The notes: generated by a model not told the origin, from the sequence alone. Positions 21,018-30,862 are shown, counted from the first letter of the stretch. The stretch: 64,000 nucleotides of DNA from an uncultured Muribaculaceae bacterium (GCA_964435635.1 CAYSZU010000001.1:450-64449), one strand, 5' to 3'. Translations and numbers: made by a program.

Positions 21018-22230
21018 AAAACCAAGTTCCTTTAGGAGGGAAAAATCCCGGGTTAATACTGCTAGAAATAAATCTACTCCATGATGAATAACCACTTGCT
21101 CCTCCACCTAAATAATGACCTTTGGAGATGCCAAAATGAAGATGAGCTCCCGTACTACACTTATCATATGACCTGGTTGATGCTCCACCCCCTACTGTTC
21201 CGATTTTTGTAGCGGCAGTAACTGAGTCGCCGACCGAAACGTTAATTGATAGTAAATGAACATATAGCGAAGTAAAAGCGACCCCATTAATATTATGATG
21301 AATATAAATAACATTTCCTCCACAACTTGATCGAACTGTGATTGCTGCAACCATTCCAGCGGCGGCGGCATAGACCGCTGTCCCCTCTGGGTTCCCGGCG
21401 ATATCAACAGCCGGATGAAAGGAATTAACTTTTCCCGTTATTGGATTAGTTCGATAACCAAATTCGCTTGAAACTACCCCTTTATTCAAAGGCCTATTCC
21501 AGCCGGTATCTGATAATATTGTGACACACTCAGATAGTTTTTGCGTTTCCGAACTACATATTCCTTTATAATAACTAATTAAAGCTTTTTGATTTTTAAT
21601 CTGACTGTCAATATCTTCATTAATCTCATTTAATTCATAAAGCTGATTGCTAAGCGATGCTACAGCAGATGTATAAGTATTAATTGTCGAGTCAAGACTA
21701 ATATTTTTTTGAGCTAGCTCTACTTGTAAATTTTCATTTTGAATAATTAGATCTTTTAACTGATCAAGATCTTTCTGGTTACTTTCAGTTATCTGCTCAA
21801 TTGCTGAAATGCGCATTACTAAATCTGTTATTGATTGAGCTTTGCTAATATACATTAAGTATTCGTTTTCGCCCTCTGACATTTGTAAATATATTAATAA
21901 GGCTTTAGTTTGTTCAGTTAGATCAAGTATCTCTACCTCAGTTTCCGCAATTTTCTTTTTAGCCGTTTCAATATCAAGTTCAATTTGTTCTTTTTGTTTA
22001 TAAGCTGAATAAATGGCATTCTTTTTATTATTAATCTCACCCTGAGTTTGTTTTTTTGAATTTAGTGCCGCATTCTTTTCTCGTTCTAGACCAGCCAGTT
22101 CAACTCTAAGTTCAGCAATGGTGTTTGCTTTTGTTGCAGCAAAAACAAAGATTGGGCTTATAATTAAAGGAAATAATAAAATAGTTATTAAAAGCATTCT
22201 AAAAGATGCTTGGGTAATTCTTTTTATCAT
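21004..22230 (-). CDS. coiled-coil M23 (LytM) peptidoglycan endopeptidase, EnvC/PcsB-like
   Basis: An N-terminal TM segment is followed by a ~200-aa coiled coil and a C-terminal M23 domain (HPAVDIAG...HLHFGI). Confidence 0.82.
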   Translation of the reverse strand: MIKRITQASFRMLLITILLFPLIISPIFVFAATKANTIAELRVELAGLEREKNAALNSKKQTQGEINNKKNAIYSAYKQKEQIELDIETAKKKIAETEVEILDLTEQTKALLIYLQMSEGENEYLMYISKAQSITDLVMRISAIEQITESNQKDLDQLKDLIIQNENLQVELAQKNISLDSTINTYTSAVASLSNQLYELNEINEDIDSQIKNQKALISYYKGICSSETQKLSECVTILSDTGWNRPLNKGVVSSEFGYRTNPITGKVNSFHPAVDIAGNPEGTAVYAAAAGMVAAITVRSSCGGNVIYIHHNINGVAFTSLYVHLLSINVSVGDSVTAATKIGTVGGGASTRSYDKCSTGAHLHFGISKGHYLGGGASGYSSWSRFISSSINPGFFPPKGTWFYKRA

Positions 22231-23126
22231 ATCTTCAAATACTTTCTAACGGCGTTATAACTACCTAGAGTTCCAACAATTGAACCGATAAATAAAACCA
22301 TTGCTGAAATATAGAAAACAAAATAATAAGGATTAACTAAAACTATTAGACGGGAGAAGACTATTCCGTCTAAGTAATCATATAAGAATATATAACCATA
22401 GATTGTCACCATTACCGGAATAATAGAACCAATAATTCCTAAAACTAATCCTTCGAAAATAAATGGCATTTTAATTACAGTATTTGAAGTTCCTACCAAA
22501 CGCATTATTTCTATTTCGCTTCGACGAGAAAAGATTGTTAATTTAATTGTGTTTCTGATTAAGAAGATTGTTACAACAATTAAAGCCCCTACAATTGCAT
22601 ATGTTGTTTTTTCGATAATATCAAATATCGAAATAAATTGTTCAACCATCCCCTCACCATATTTTGCTTCTTTGACTCCTTCAATCTTTTTAATTTGTTC
22701 AGCTGTTTGTTTTAAATTATCTACGTTATCAACATTTACTATTAATGAGTCTAATAAGGGATTTGTTTTTAAATAATCGAGCGTTTTTTGTAACGCTTCC
22801 GATTCTTGTTGGAGTTCTAATTTCCAATCGTTTTTAGATTTTAAAACTACTTTATTAGCGCTTATGTTATCTAAAGCAATGATTTTTTCTTTAATAATTG
22901 TTATTTCTTCTGTTGTAGTATTTTCATTAAGATAGACCACAATGTTTAATTCACCTTCTAGGTCCTTTGTAACAGAATTTACATTAAAAGAAATTATCAT
23001 TGCAATCGCTACTAAAATTAGCGTAATTGTTGTACAAGTAATCGAAGCAATACTAAGACTAAAGTTACGAAAAACACTTTTAAAAGCATATCTAATGTTT
23101 TTATGAACAATTCTAATTACTTTCAT
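22227..23126 (-). CDS. ftsX: cell-division ABC transporter permease FtsX
   Basis: 299 aa with 4 TM segments and a large extracellular loop; its coding overlaps that of ftsE. Confidence 0.82.
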   Translation of the reverse strand: MKVIRIVHKNIRYAFKSVFRNFSLSIASITCTTITLILVAIAMIISFNVNSVTKDLEGELNIVVYLNENTTTEEITIIKEKIIALDNISANKVVLKSKNDWKLELQQESEALQKTLDYLKTNPLLDSLIVNVDNVDNLKQTAEQIKKIEGVKEAKYGEGMVEQFISIFDIIEKTTYAIVGALIVVTIFLIRNTIKLTIFSRRSEIEIMRLVGTSNTVIKMPFIFEGLVLGIIGSIIPVMVTIYGYIFLYDYLDGIVFSRLIVLVNPYYFVFYISAMVLFIGSIVGTLGSYNAVRKYLKI

Positions 23127-23814
23127 TTGATTTATAACTTCCTTTCAAGTAGTCTCCTACTAAAGTTCCGTTCTCAATAACTATTACTCTTTTTTTCATT
23201 CGATTAACAATAACTGAATCATGAGTAACAACAATTACGGTTGTTCCCATTTCTGTGTTTATTGTTTCAATAACTTTCATAATTTCCTTTGATGTTTTTG
23301 GATCAAGGTTTCCGGTTGGTTCATCACATATTAATAGTTTTGGCTCATTGACAATTGCCCGCGCAATACATACTCTTTGTTGCTCTCCACCCGATAACTG
23401 ATTAGGGTAGCTTTTCATTTTTTCCTTTAGTCCTACTCTTTCAAAAGCAGTCATTACCTTCGGCTTAATCTCGTCTTTTTTTAAACCAATCGCTTCCAAA
23501 CCGAAAGCGACATTTTCATACGCCGTTAATTTTGGAAGTAATTTAAAATCCTGAAAAACTATTCCTAATTTTCTTCTTAATTTATATACTCGACCGTTTC
23601 GTAATTTACCAACATTAATTCCCCCGACTATTACTTCACCGCTTGTTGGTTTTTCTTCTCGATAAAGCATTTTTGCTAGGGTCGATTTTCCAGCGGCAGT
23701 TGTACCAATAATAAAAACGAATTCCCCTTTGGCAATACTAAGACTAACATCAGCAACAGCAGTAACACCATTACGATAGACTTTTGAGCAGTTATTTATT
23801 TCGATAAATTTCAT
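23113..23814 (-). CDS. ftsE: cell-division ABC transporter ATPase FtsE
   Basis: Walker A GTTAAGKST, signature LSGGEQQR, Walker B LLICDEPTG. Confidence 0.88.
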   Translation of the reverse strand: MKFIEINNCSKVYRNGVTAVADVSLSIAKGEFVFIIGTTAAGKSTLAKMLYREEKPTSGEVIVGGINVGKLRNGRVYKLRRKLGIVFQDFKLLPKLTAYENVAFGLEAIGLKKDEIKPKVMTAFERVGLKEKMKSYPNQLSGGEQQRVCIARAIVNEPKLLICDEPTGNLDPKTSKEIMKVIETINTEMGTTVIVVTHDSVIVNRMKKRVIVIENGTLVGDYLKGSYKSNESN

Positions 23815-23837
23815 TATTTACCACCCATCTTTCCTTT

Positions 23838-24746
23838 TTATATAAAAGAATATTTGTTTTTTTTCTTTCCCCCGGAAACCTCATAGCAATCATTTATAAC
23901 GATAAAGGCTTGTGGATCAATTGTTAGGATTGATTGTTTAAATCGATAATAATCTCGCGTTGTAACAACACACATTATCATTTTTCCCTTTTCTTTAGTA
24001 TAACCGCCTTCTGTTTTAAACAGTGTAACTCCGGTATTCAAATCATCGGTTATATATTTTTTTACTCGCTCTATTTTCTTAGTATAGATGAAGAACATTT
24101 TGTTATCAGAAATGCCTAATAAAATTTGGTCAATAATAATTCTTCTTATTAATAAAATTAAAGCGGCATAGATTACCTTTGAAGGGCCAAAAACCGCTCC
24201 ACCCGCTAGAATAATAACGATGTTAGTGTAAAAATCTGCTTTCCCAGCCGAAATAGGAATATACTTATTAACAATCTGTCTTACTATATCCATCCCCGCT
24301 GTTGAAAAGCCTGATTTATATATCATTCCATCAGAGATACCACACAATACTCCAGAGATTAAGATTGTTAAAAAAAAGTTTTCAAAAATAATTTTATCAG
24401 CTAGAAAATTTGCAAGTGGTAAAGTGATTGTAACACATAACGGAAAGAAAATTGAGCCGAAAGCATTTTTAAAAGTTTTTCGGCGACCAATAATAAAGTA
24501 ACTTAAAATTATTAAAAAGAAACCCGTTATATAAATAAAAGTAGCCGGTTCTATCCCGGTGAATTTATTAACAATGATTGCTAGACCGCTAGTGCCTCCA
24601 ATTACTAAACTATTTTTAACTAAAAATAAGTTATAATTAAAAGCAACCAATAAGAACCCTAAGGTCATTACTACTAAACGACCTTTAATATTCTTCTTTG
24701 CTACAATTTTTGAAACGTCGCCTATATCTTCGGTCATCTTAATCAC
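23838..24746 (-). CDS. YitT-family membrane protein (DUF161 + C-terminal DUF2179)
   Basis: 302-aa multipass protein with the conserved C-terminal IMCVVTTRDYYRFKQSILTIDPQAFIVI module. It is a paralog of the protein at 40497-41360. Confidence 0.7.
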   Translation of the reverse strand: MIKMTEDIGDVSKIVAKKNIKGRLVVMTLGFLLVAFNYNLFLVKNSLVIGGTSGLAIIVNKFTGIEPATFIYITGFFLIILSYFIIGRRKTFKNAFGSIFFPLCVTITLPLANFLADKIIFENFFLTILISGVLCGISDGMIYKSGFSTAGMDIVRQIVNKYIPISAGKADFYTNIVIILAGGAVFGPSKVIYAALILLIRRIIIDQILLGISDNKMFFIYTKKIERVKKYITDDLNTGVTLFKTEGGYTKEKGKMIMCVVTTRDYYRFKQSILTIDPQAFIVINDCYEVSGGKKKNKYSFI

Positions 24747-24853
24747 CTATTTTTAATTATACAATAACTTTTTGATTTTTCCTATATTATCAAAATGATA
24801 GTGACAAGCAATTGCCAATTTTTTAGATTATTAATAATCATTATCATTTTAAT

Positions 24854-24882
24854 TGTTGAAGTACGAACTTATATGATATAAT
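24854..24882 (+). promoter_or_regulatory. sigma-A promoter of lemA
   Basis: TTGTTG-17 nt-TATAAT with a TG extension (TATGATATAAT), lying 28 nt upstream of the lemA ATG. Confidence 0.5.
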
Positions 24883-24910
24883 TTTTTTAGATAAGAATTG
24901 AGATGATTAA

Positions 24911-25456
24911 ATGGATTTTATTAACGGTTTATTATTTACTATTATTATTTTAGGCGGCTTAGCAATTGTTTATGTTGTTATATATAATAAATTACAGACA
25001 ACTAATAGCAAAATTCAACAAGCAGAATCAATCATTGATGAAACCTTAAGGAATAAGTATGATAGTTTAGCACTTGTTAACAATGTTTATAAAAAGTTTG
25101 CAAAAAACAATAAAGATTATCTAAAAGAAATAGATGATTTAAAAACTAAAAAAATTACTAACTTTGAATTTGATCGGAAATTAAAAGAAATTTTCAATAC
25201 CGTAATGGAATTAAAAAACGATCACAAAGATCTCCAAGATGATAAAGATTTTAAAAAAATTATTAGCGATATAAAAGATACCGATGAGAAGCTGGCTGCA
25301 GCTAAAATATATTACAATAAATATACTAATCTGCAAAACGAAATAGTTAGAAAATTTCCGGCTAACATAATCGGGAGAATCCACGGTTATAAAGTAAGGT
25401 TTTTCTTTGATGGTAAAGATTTAGAAGACGATATTATTAATGACTTTAAATTATAA
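24911..25456 (+). CDS. lemA: LemA-family protein
   Basis: An N-terminal TM helix is followed by the conserved AAKIYYNKYTNLQNEIVRKFPANIIGRIHGYKVRFFF LemA motif. Confidence 0.78.
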   Translation: MDFINGLLFTIIILGGLAIVYVVIYNKLQTTNSKIQQAESIIDETLRNKYDSLALVNNVYKKFAKNNKDYLKEIDDLKTKKITNFEFDRKLKEIFNTVMELKNDHKDLQDDKDFKKIISDIKDTDEKLAAAKIYYNKYTNLQNEIVRKFPANIIGRIHGYKVRFFFDGKDLEDDIINDFKL

Positions 25457-26110
25457 TCTCCAGTCAATAATCGGGAGATTATTTTTTTGAAGAAAATTAT
25501 TAATTTTTGAAAACGGTTTGCTCCCAAAAAATCCTTTATTTGCTGAAAAGGGAGACGGGTGTGGCGCAATTAAAACTAGATGTTTGGAATTAGTAATTAA
25601 TTCCTTTTTACTTTGAGCATATTTGCCCCATAAAACAAAAACAACCGGTTCTTCCTTATCGTTAATAACACTTATGATATGGTCCGTTATTTTCTCCCAG
25701 CCAAGATTTCTATGACTAGCTGGCGAATCTTTTTCGACAGTTAAGATAGCGTTTAATAATAGCACCCCGGCTTTAGCCCATTTAGTTAGGTCGCCACATT
25801 GATTAATATCAATATTCAAGTCGGCTTTTAACTCTTTGAAAATGTTTTTTAAAGATGGGGGGATTTTTACTCCTCGGCGTACTGAAAATGATAAACCATG
25901 CGCTTCGCCCTCACCGTGGTAAGGGTCCTGACCGATAATTACTACTCTTGTGTTTTTATAACTAGTTAGTTTTAAGGCTAGATAAATGTATTCGTTAGAA
26001 GGATAGATTATTTTCCGATTATATTCGATATGTATTTTATTAATGAAAAGCTTGTATTCATCACTTTGATAAACCGATGATAATTTATTATCCCAATCGT
26101 TGCCAATCAT
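25451..26110 (-). CDS. ung: uracil-DNA glycosylase (family 1)
   Basis: GQDPYH water-activating motif and HPSPFS. Confidence 0.92.
   Translation of the reverse strand: MIGNDWDNKLSSVYQSDEYKLFINKIHIEYNRKIIYPSNEYIYLALKLTSYKNTRVVIIGQDPYHGEGEAHGLSFSVRRGVKIPPSLKNIFKELKADLNIDINQCGDLTKWAKAGVLLLNAILTVEKDSPASHRNLGWEKITDHIISVINDKEEPVVFVLWGKYAQSKKELITNSKHLVLIAPHPSPFSANKGFFGSKPFSKINNFLQKNNLPIIDWRL
25455..25490 (+). terminator. bidirectional terminator at the lemA/ung convergent junction
   Basis: AATCTCC-12 nt-GGAGATT hairpin followed by ATTTTTTTG. The stem lies inside the last codons of ung on the opposite strand. Confidence 0.55.
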
Positions 26111-26133
26111 CTTTTCTCCTCCTTAATATTTAA

Positions 26134-27105
26134 TTATTTTATTTCTAAAATTAACCTATTAATCGCTTCCGGCTCTTGTTCAAAACAGCTTTGATATTCT
26201 AAAATCTTCTCTTGATAAATATTCTTTACCGGTCGTTGAAAATTATTGTGGCGAATCATTTTTTGGTGATACGCCGCTTTTTCATCTTCATACCTAGAAA
26301 ACTCGGCAAAGCTTTCAATCACGGGTTGAGTTGGTATCATTAGCGCCAAATTCTCCGGGCGAAAGCTTTCATCAATAATATACTCCGCTGCTGGATTGTC
26401 AGTTATTTCTCTTAAATAAGGCAGAATATCGTTCATCAAGATAGCATTACTTCTTTCACGAATAATTCCTTTATCAACGACGAAGTTTTCTAAAGTTATT
26501 TGAGCCCTAAAATTAAAGTAGTTTCTTGTAGTAAAATATATTTCTAAAAGCTTTTTTTGAATTAATTCGACATCTTCTGGGGTTGGGACATATTCATTTG
26601 GTTTATTAATTAATTTCATGCTTAATAGTGCTTCAATGGCCACCCTTTTTCCTAGTTGGCCCCGATGAACCCTTAATAGTTCTTCACCTCTTAATTTGGC
26701 GTAGTAATAATTGATGTTCATTAAGCTGACAAAATAATCTCCCTGCGTAATCTTGCGACCATTTATTCTTTTGCTGTTGATAATCTTATCAAAAATAATA
26801 TCTTCAATTTCATCGCAAGTTATATATGCCATGAAGCGTTCTTCTCTTTGAATAGTTGGTATTTCTTTAATGTACTCACCGCTTTTATAGGTAACAACTA
26901 AATCGCCACTATCATAATTATTTAAAATATATTTAATAAAAGACGGATGAAAAAGCGCTAAGAATCTTTCTTTTGTATAACTGATTGATGTTATTTTGTC
27001 TATTTCAGGCAGACTATCATTTATAAGAGTGATGAATTCTACTTTGTTCTTTTTTTTTAGTTTTAACTGCAGATAGTACTTTTTTTGTTTTTTTGATTCA
27101 TTCAT
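26134..27105 (-). CDS. hypothetical protein (323 aa, no recognisable motif)
   Basis: Long ORF with a lysine-rich N-terminus. It is operonic with the MBL hydrolase (57-nt gap) and ung (23-nt gap). Confidence 0.5.
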   Translation of the reverse strand: MNESKKQKKYYLQLKLKKKNKVEFITLINDSLPEIDKITSISYTKERFLALFHPSFIKYILNNYDSGDLVVTYKSGEYIKEIPTIQREERFMAYITCDEIEDIIFDKIINSKRINGRKITQGDYFVSLMNINYYYAKLRGEELLRVHRGQLGKRVAIEALLSMKLINKPNEYVPTPEDVELIQKKLLEIYFTTRNYFNFRAQITLENFVVDKGIIRERSNAILMNDILPYLREITDNPAAEYIIDESFRPENLALMIPTQPVIESFAEFSRYEDEKAAYHQKMIRHNNFQRPVKNIYQEKILEYQSCFEQEPEAINRLILEIK

Positions 27106-27162
27106 AATATTACCTCCATCAGTATATTATTTTTAAAACAACGAAACATCTTCTTGATATTA

Positions 27163-27930
27163 TTATATCTTTATTACCTCTGTTTGGCAATTCTGTTCGG
27201 CACAAATAATTTTAGGAAGGACAAGACCATATTCGGCAAAAACCTCGTTTATTGTAGCTAAAGCTATTTGTGGTTTATTATTTTTTTGACTTAAATGAAT
27301 TAAGACAATATTTTTGGTTTTTGGCCCAATTAATTTCGCTAAATAAATTGCTGCATCGCGATTTGAAAGATGACCATAGCTTCCTAAGACTCTTCTTTTT
27401 AACCAAGTTGGATAAGGCCCATTCATTAACATCTCAATATCATGATTGCTCTCAAATAAATATAGTTCTAGATTTTCAAGACGCTTAAAATGTTTTTTAT
27501 TAATATAGCCAGTATCAGTAATATAACCGATTTGCTTTTGACCAGAACTAATAATAAAATTACGGGCGTCATTGCTATCATGTGATGATTTAAAGGAGCT
27601 AATTAATATATCATCTAAGCAAATATCATCCTCATATAGTATTATTTTAGGGTTGTCGATAAATGACGGTATTTCCTTAATCATTTTTTCCGACAGATAT
27701 ATTTTAGCCTTATATTTTTTCATAAAGCTATCAAGACCGCTGATATGATCGGCATGAGTGTGACTAATAATAACCGTATCAATATCAGCAATATCAACTC
27801 CAATATTGTTTAATCGTTTACTTATATTGTTGGTTGTAATTCCTAGATCAATTAATATCTTGTGTTTTTTCGTCTCGATATATGTTGAGTTTCCTTGAGA
27901 ACCACTTGTTAAAACGCTTACCTTCATCAT
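27163..27930 (-). CDS. MBL-fold metallo-hydrolase, YycJ/WalJ-like
   Basis: HTHADH metal-binding motif; N-terminus MKVSVLTSGSQGNSTYIET resembles WalJ. Confidence 0.8.
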   Translation of the reverse strand: MMKVSVLTSGSQGNSTYIETKKHKILIDLGITTNNISKRLNNIGVDIADIDTVIISHTHADHISGLDSFMKKYKAKIYLSEKMIKEIPSFIDNPKIILYEDDICLDDILISSFKSSHDSNDARNFIISSGQKQIGYITDTGYINKKHFKRLENLELYLFESNHDIEMLMNGPYPTWLKRRVLGSYGHLSNRDAAIYLAKLIGPKTKNIVLIHLSQKNNKPQIALATINEVFAEYGLVLPKIICAEQNCQTEVIKI

Positions 27931-27974
27931 AATTCTTCCTTTGTATCTTAATTATAACAAAGAAAATGCCATTT

Positions 27975-28012
27975 ATCTAAAATAATAAAAAAGCATCAGC
28001 TTTAGCTAATGC
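27975..28012 (-). terminator. rho-independent terminator after the LysM-M23 peptidase gene
   Basis: Minus strand reads AAAGCATTAGCTAAAGCTGATGCTTT followed by TTTTTTATTATTTT. Confidence 0.6.
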
Positions 28013-28013
28013 T

Positions 28014-29504
28014 TTATCGATATAATGAACGTGGATTTATCCAATGATAGCTAGTTGAATACGGCACTCCACTAGAAACACCGAAATGTAAATGGGTTCC
28101 TGTTGAATAACCGGTGCTCCCCATTGTCCCTATTTTTTGCCCACGACTTACTGTTTGTCCGACCGAAACTAAGGCCTTAGCTAAATGACCATAGCTGGTA
28201 TAGTAGCCATTAGCATGTTGAATAGCCACGTTTATTCCAGCGTTTGCTCCTAAAATTCCACCTTTTCCAGCGGCAATAACAACCCCATCAAGGGCAGCAT
28301 AAATTGGTGAACCATGTCCGGTTCCGGAAATATCTATCCCATAATGGAAACCGCCCCAACGATAACCATAACTACTAGTTATTACATATGGCGAATTTGT
28401 TGGCCAAGCCCAAGATTGGCCAGTATCAACATATGTACCTTGGTTTCCGGCTCTTCGGCCTCTCACAATTTTCTCGTTTTGAACCGCCCTAATAACTGTG
28501 CTATTAGTAATAATTGCCCCTTGGTTCTCCTCGCCATTTACTACTCTTATTTGTTTTGTAATTCTAGTAATTCCATCAACGCCATCTTGTTCAGTGCTCT
28601 TATAACTTGCTGCCTTAGAATAATCAAATGAAGTTTCTACTTCATAAGGAATTCTTACGTCTTCCACAACTTCCATATCATATACTAAAGTTAAAACTGG
28701 ATTAATCAATGTTACATTTACTTTTTCGCCAATTGCTAAAAGTGCTTCGGCACTCCTGTAATTTGGATTAACGATCAAAAACTCTCTGACATTCAGCTTG
28801 TTATTGAAGGCAATTGTTTCAATTGAATCTCCTGCTTTAACAGCATACTCTTTAGTTATTTCTGCTTCGTTAAATAATAAGTATTTTGTTAAAGTAATAT
28901 CATCTGTATAAATATTATCAGCTACACTAATATATGATTCCTTAATAGTTATTTCTTCCTCAAAACCCATGTAGTTTATTACTGACCCAACATCTGTTAT
29001 CTCTAATTGATTTCCGTTGATATAGGCTTTATATTTGTCCTCAGCAACAAAGGTGGTAATTATATTATTAATTGCCATTTCAAAAACTTCTTTATCTAGA
29101 ACATTGATATATATCGGTTTAAAATCTTCGTCATCATTTCTAATTGTAATAGTATAACCTTTTACAGTAAATTCTTTTTCGTTTTTAATCATATTATATA
29201 TTTCTTGAACGCTTGTGACATTTTCATTAAACGTTGCGTGTTCCATAATATTAAATCCTTTAGGCGGATAAACTTTATCAACATCATAACGATTCTTTAT
29301 TTCAATTTGTTCCTGGTTAATTAAATCATATAGTTCATCCTTGTTTTCGATTAACCCGATCTTTTCACCATCTAAATATATTTGATATACTTTTTCTGGA
29401 TTGCTAGTATCTCTATTAATAAAACCCACACTAAAAACTAAAACACATGATATTAGTGCAACAAAAATAGAAATAAGGGTATTTTTTATTGAGTTGACGC
29501 TCAT
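28014..29504 (-). CDS. membrane-anchored LysM + M23 peptidase
   Basis: An N-terminal TM segment, a LysM-like segment (VKAGDSIETIAFNNKLNVREFLIVNPNY) and a C-terminal M23 domain (HYGIDI...HLHFGV). Confidence 0.8.
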   Translation of the reverse strand: MSVNSIKNTLISIFVALISCVLVFSVGFINRDTSNPEKVYQIYLDGEKIGLIENKDELYDLINQEQIEIKNRYDVDKVYPPKGFNIMEHATFNENVTSVQEIYNMIKNEKEFTVKGYTITIRNDDEDFKPIYINVLDKEVFEMAINNIITTFVAEDKYKAYINGNQLEITDVGSVINYMGFEEEITIKESYISVADNIYTDDITLTKYLLFNEAEITKEYAVKAGDSIETIAFNNKLNVREFLIVNPNYRSAEALLAIGEKVNVTLINPVLTLVYDMEVVEDVRIPYEVETSFDYSKAASYKSTEQDGVDGITRITKQIRVVNGEENQGAIITNSTVIRAVQNEKIVRGRRAGNQGTYVDTGQSWAWPTNSPYVITSSYGYRWGGFHYGIDISGTGHGSPIYAALDGVVIAAGKGGILGANAGINVAIQHANGYYTSYGHLAKALVSVGQTVSRGQKIGTMGSTGYSTGTHLHFGVSSGVPYSTSYHWINPRSLYR

Positions 29505-30854
29505 TTATTTTTCTTCTTTCTCTACTGGAGAATAGTTTCTAAAATTACTCATATTTAATTCGAATAATAAATCAAATTTACCAGTTGATCCTTTACGATG
29601 CTTTGCAATAATTACTTCGCAAGGAACGTTCTTTTCTTTATTAAGTTCACCTTTAGCTTTAAAATAATCATTTCTATTAAGGAAGATAACTAAGTCGGCA
29701 TCTTGTTCAATTGATCCGGATTCTCTTAAATCGGCTAACATCGGCTGGTTATTTTCACGCTTCTCAGCACTTCTTGATAATTGAGCTAAAGCAAGGACAG
29801 GAACTTTTAATTCCATTGCCATCGTTTTTAATGATCGCGATATCTCTGATACTTCTTGCTGTCTTGATTCTGGTCTTTTACCACCAATAGTAACTAACTG
29901 AAGGTAATCGATAACAACTAAGCCTAAGCCTTTTTCCTGACTAGCTAAACGACGGCATTTCGCTCTTATCTCAGAGGTTGTAACTCCGGCATTATCTTCG
30001 ATATATATATTTGTGTCAGCTAGTTGGGACATTGCTTCATTATATCTTTTCCAGTCATTATGTTGGAGTTGACCGGTTTGTAATTTATATGAATCGATCT
30101 GTCCTACCGCACTGATCATTCTATTTACAAGTTGCTCAGCCGGCATCTCTAAATTAAAAATGGCTACTGCTTTTTTAGTGTTTAAAGCCGCATTAGTTGC
30201 AATATTTAATGCTAAAGCTGTTTTTCCCATTCCGGGTCTAGAAGCAAGAATAATTAGTTCTCCTTCATGAAGACCTGATGTTGATTTATCTAAATCATAA
30301 AAGCCTGTTTCGATTCCCGTAATCATACTTTTATTTTGCGCTAATAATTCAAGATTTTCTTGCGCTTTTCGTAGTACTTCGGTAATTGGAACAAACTCGC
30401 TAATATGGCGGGCTTTAATAACATTTAAAATATTCTTCTCCGCATTATCTAGTAGAAGAGTAATATTATCTTCTTCGTATGATCTTGTTACAATTTCAGT
30501 GGCGGTGTTAATAAGATTTCTTACTACTGATTTTTCTTTCACTATTTGAATATAATATTGAAGATTAGCTGCCGTTGCAACTGAATCAATAACCTCACTA
30601 ATATAATCTAAACCACCAATGGCAGATAGATTTTTCTTTTTATCTAGTTCTTCCTTTACTGTTGTTATATCCAAAGGAATTTTATTTTCATATAAAGATT
30701 TAATTGCTTCAAATAATTTTCTATTCGCATCAGAATAAAACATTTCCGGAGATATTTCTTCGCATATTTTACTTAGAGCATCTTTGTTTAAAAAAGCTAC
30801 TCCAAGGACACTCATTTCTGCTTCTAAATTCTGAGGCATTTGTCTTGTCGCCAT
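29505..30854 (-). CDS. dnaB: replicative DNA helicase (DnaB family)
   Basis: Walker A GMGKTA, full DnaB N- and C-terminal domains; follows rplI as in Firmicutes. Confidence 0.92.
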   Translation of the reverse strand: MATRQMPQNLEAEMSVLGVAFLNKDALSKICEEISPEMFYSDANRKLFEAIKSLYENKIPLDITTVKEELDKKKNLSAIGGLDYISEVIDSVATAANLQYYIQIVKEKSVVRNLINTATEIVTRSYEEDNITLLLDNAEKNILNVIKARHISEFVPITEVLRKAQENLELLAQNKSMITGIETGFYDLDKSTSGLHEGELIILASRPGMGKTALALNIATNAALNTKKAVAIFNLEMPAEQLVNRMISAVGQIDSYKLQTGQLQHNDWKRYNEAMSQLADTNIYIEDNAGVTTSEIRAKCRRLASQEKGLGLVVIDYLQLVTIGGKRPESRQQEVSEISRSLKTMAMELKVPVLALAQLSRSAEKRENNQPMLADLRESGSIEQDADLVIFLNRNDYFKAKGELNKEKNVPCEVIIAKHRKGSTGKFDLLFELNMSNFRNYSPVEKEEK

Positions 30855-30862
30855 TTTTTCAC

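Noticed and set aside
21192-21407. 71-aa same-strand ORF nested inside the M23 peptidase gene. Likewise 31776-31994 lies inside ssb and 25387-25569 overlaps ung.
   Set aside because: These are alternative frames of well-supported genes, with no independent start signals.
26134-27105. Tentatively considered the 323-aa orphan to be a DnaD/DnaB-like helicase-loader because of its position near the replicative helicase.
   Set aside because: I cannot point to a DDBH2 (YxxxIxxxW) motif or any other diagnostic sequence feature, so it is left as hypothetical.
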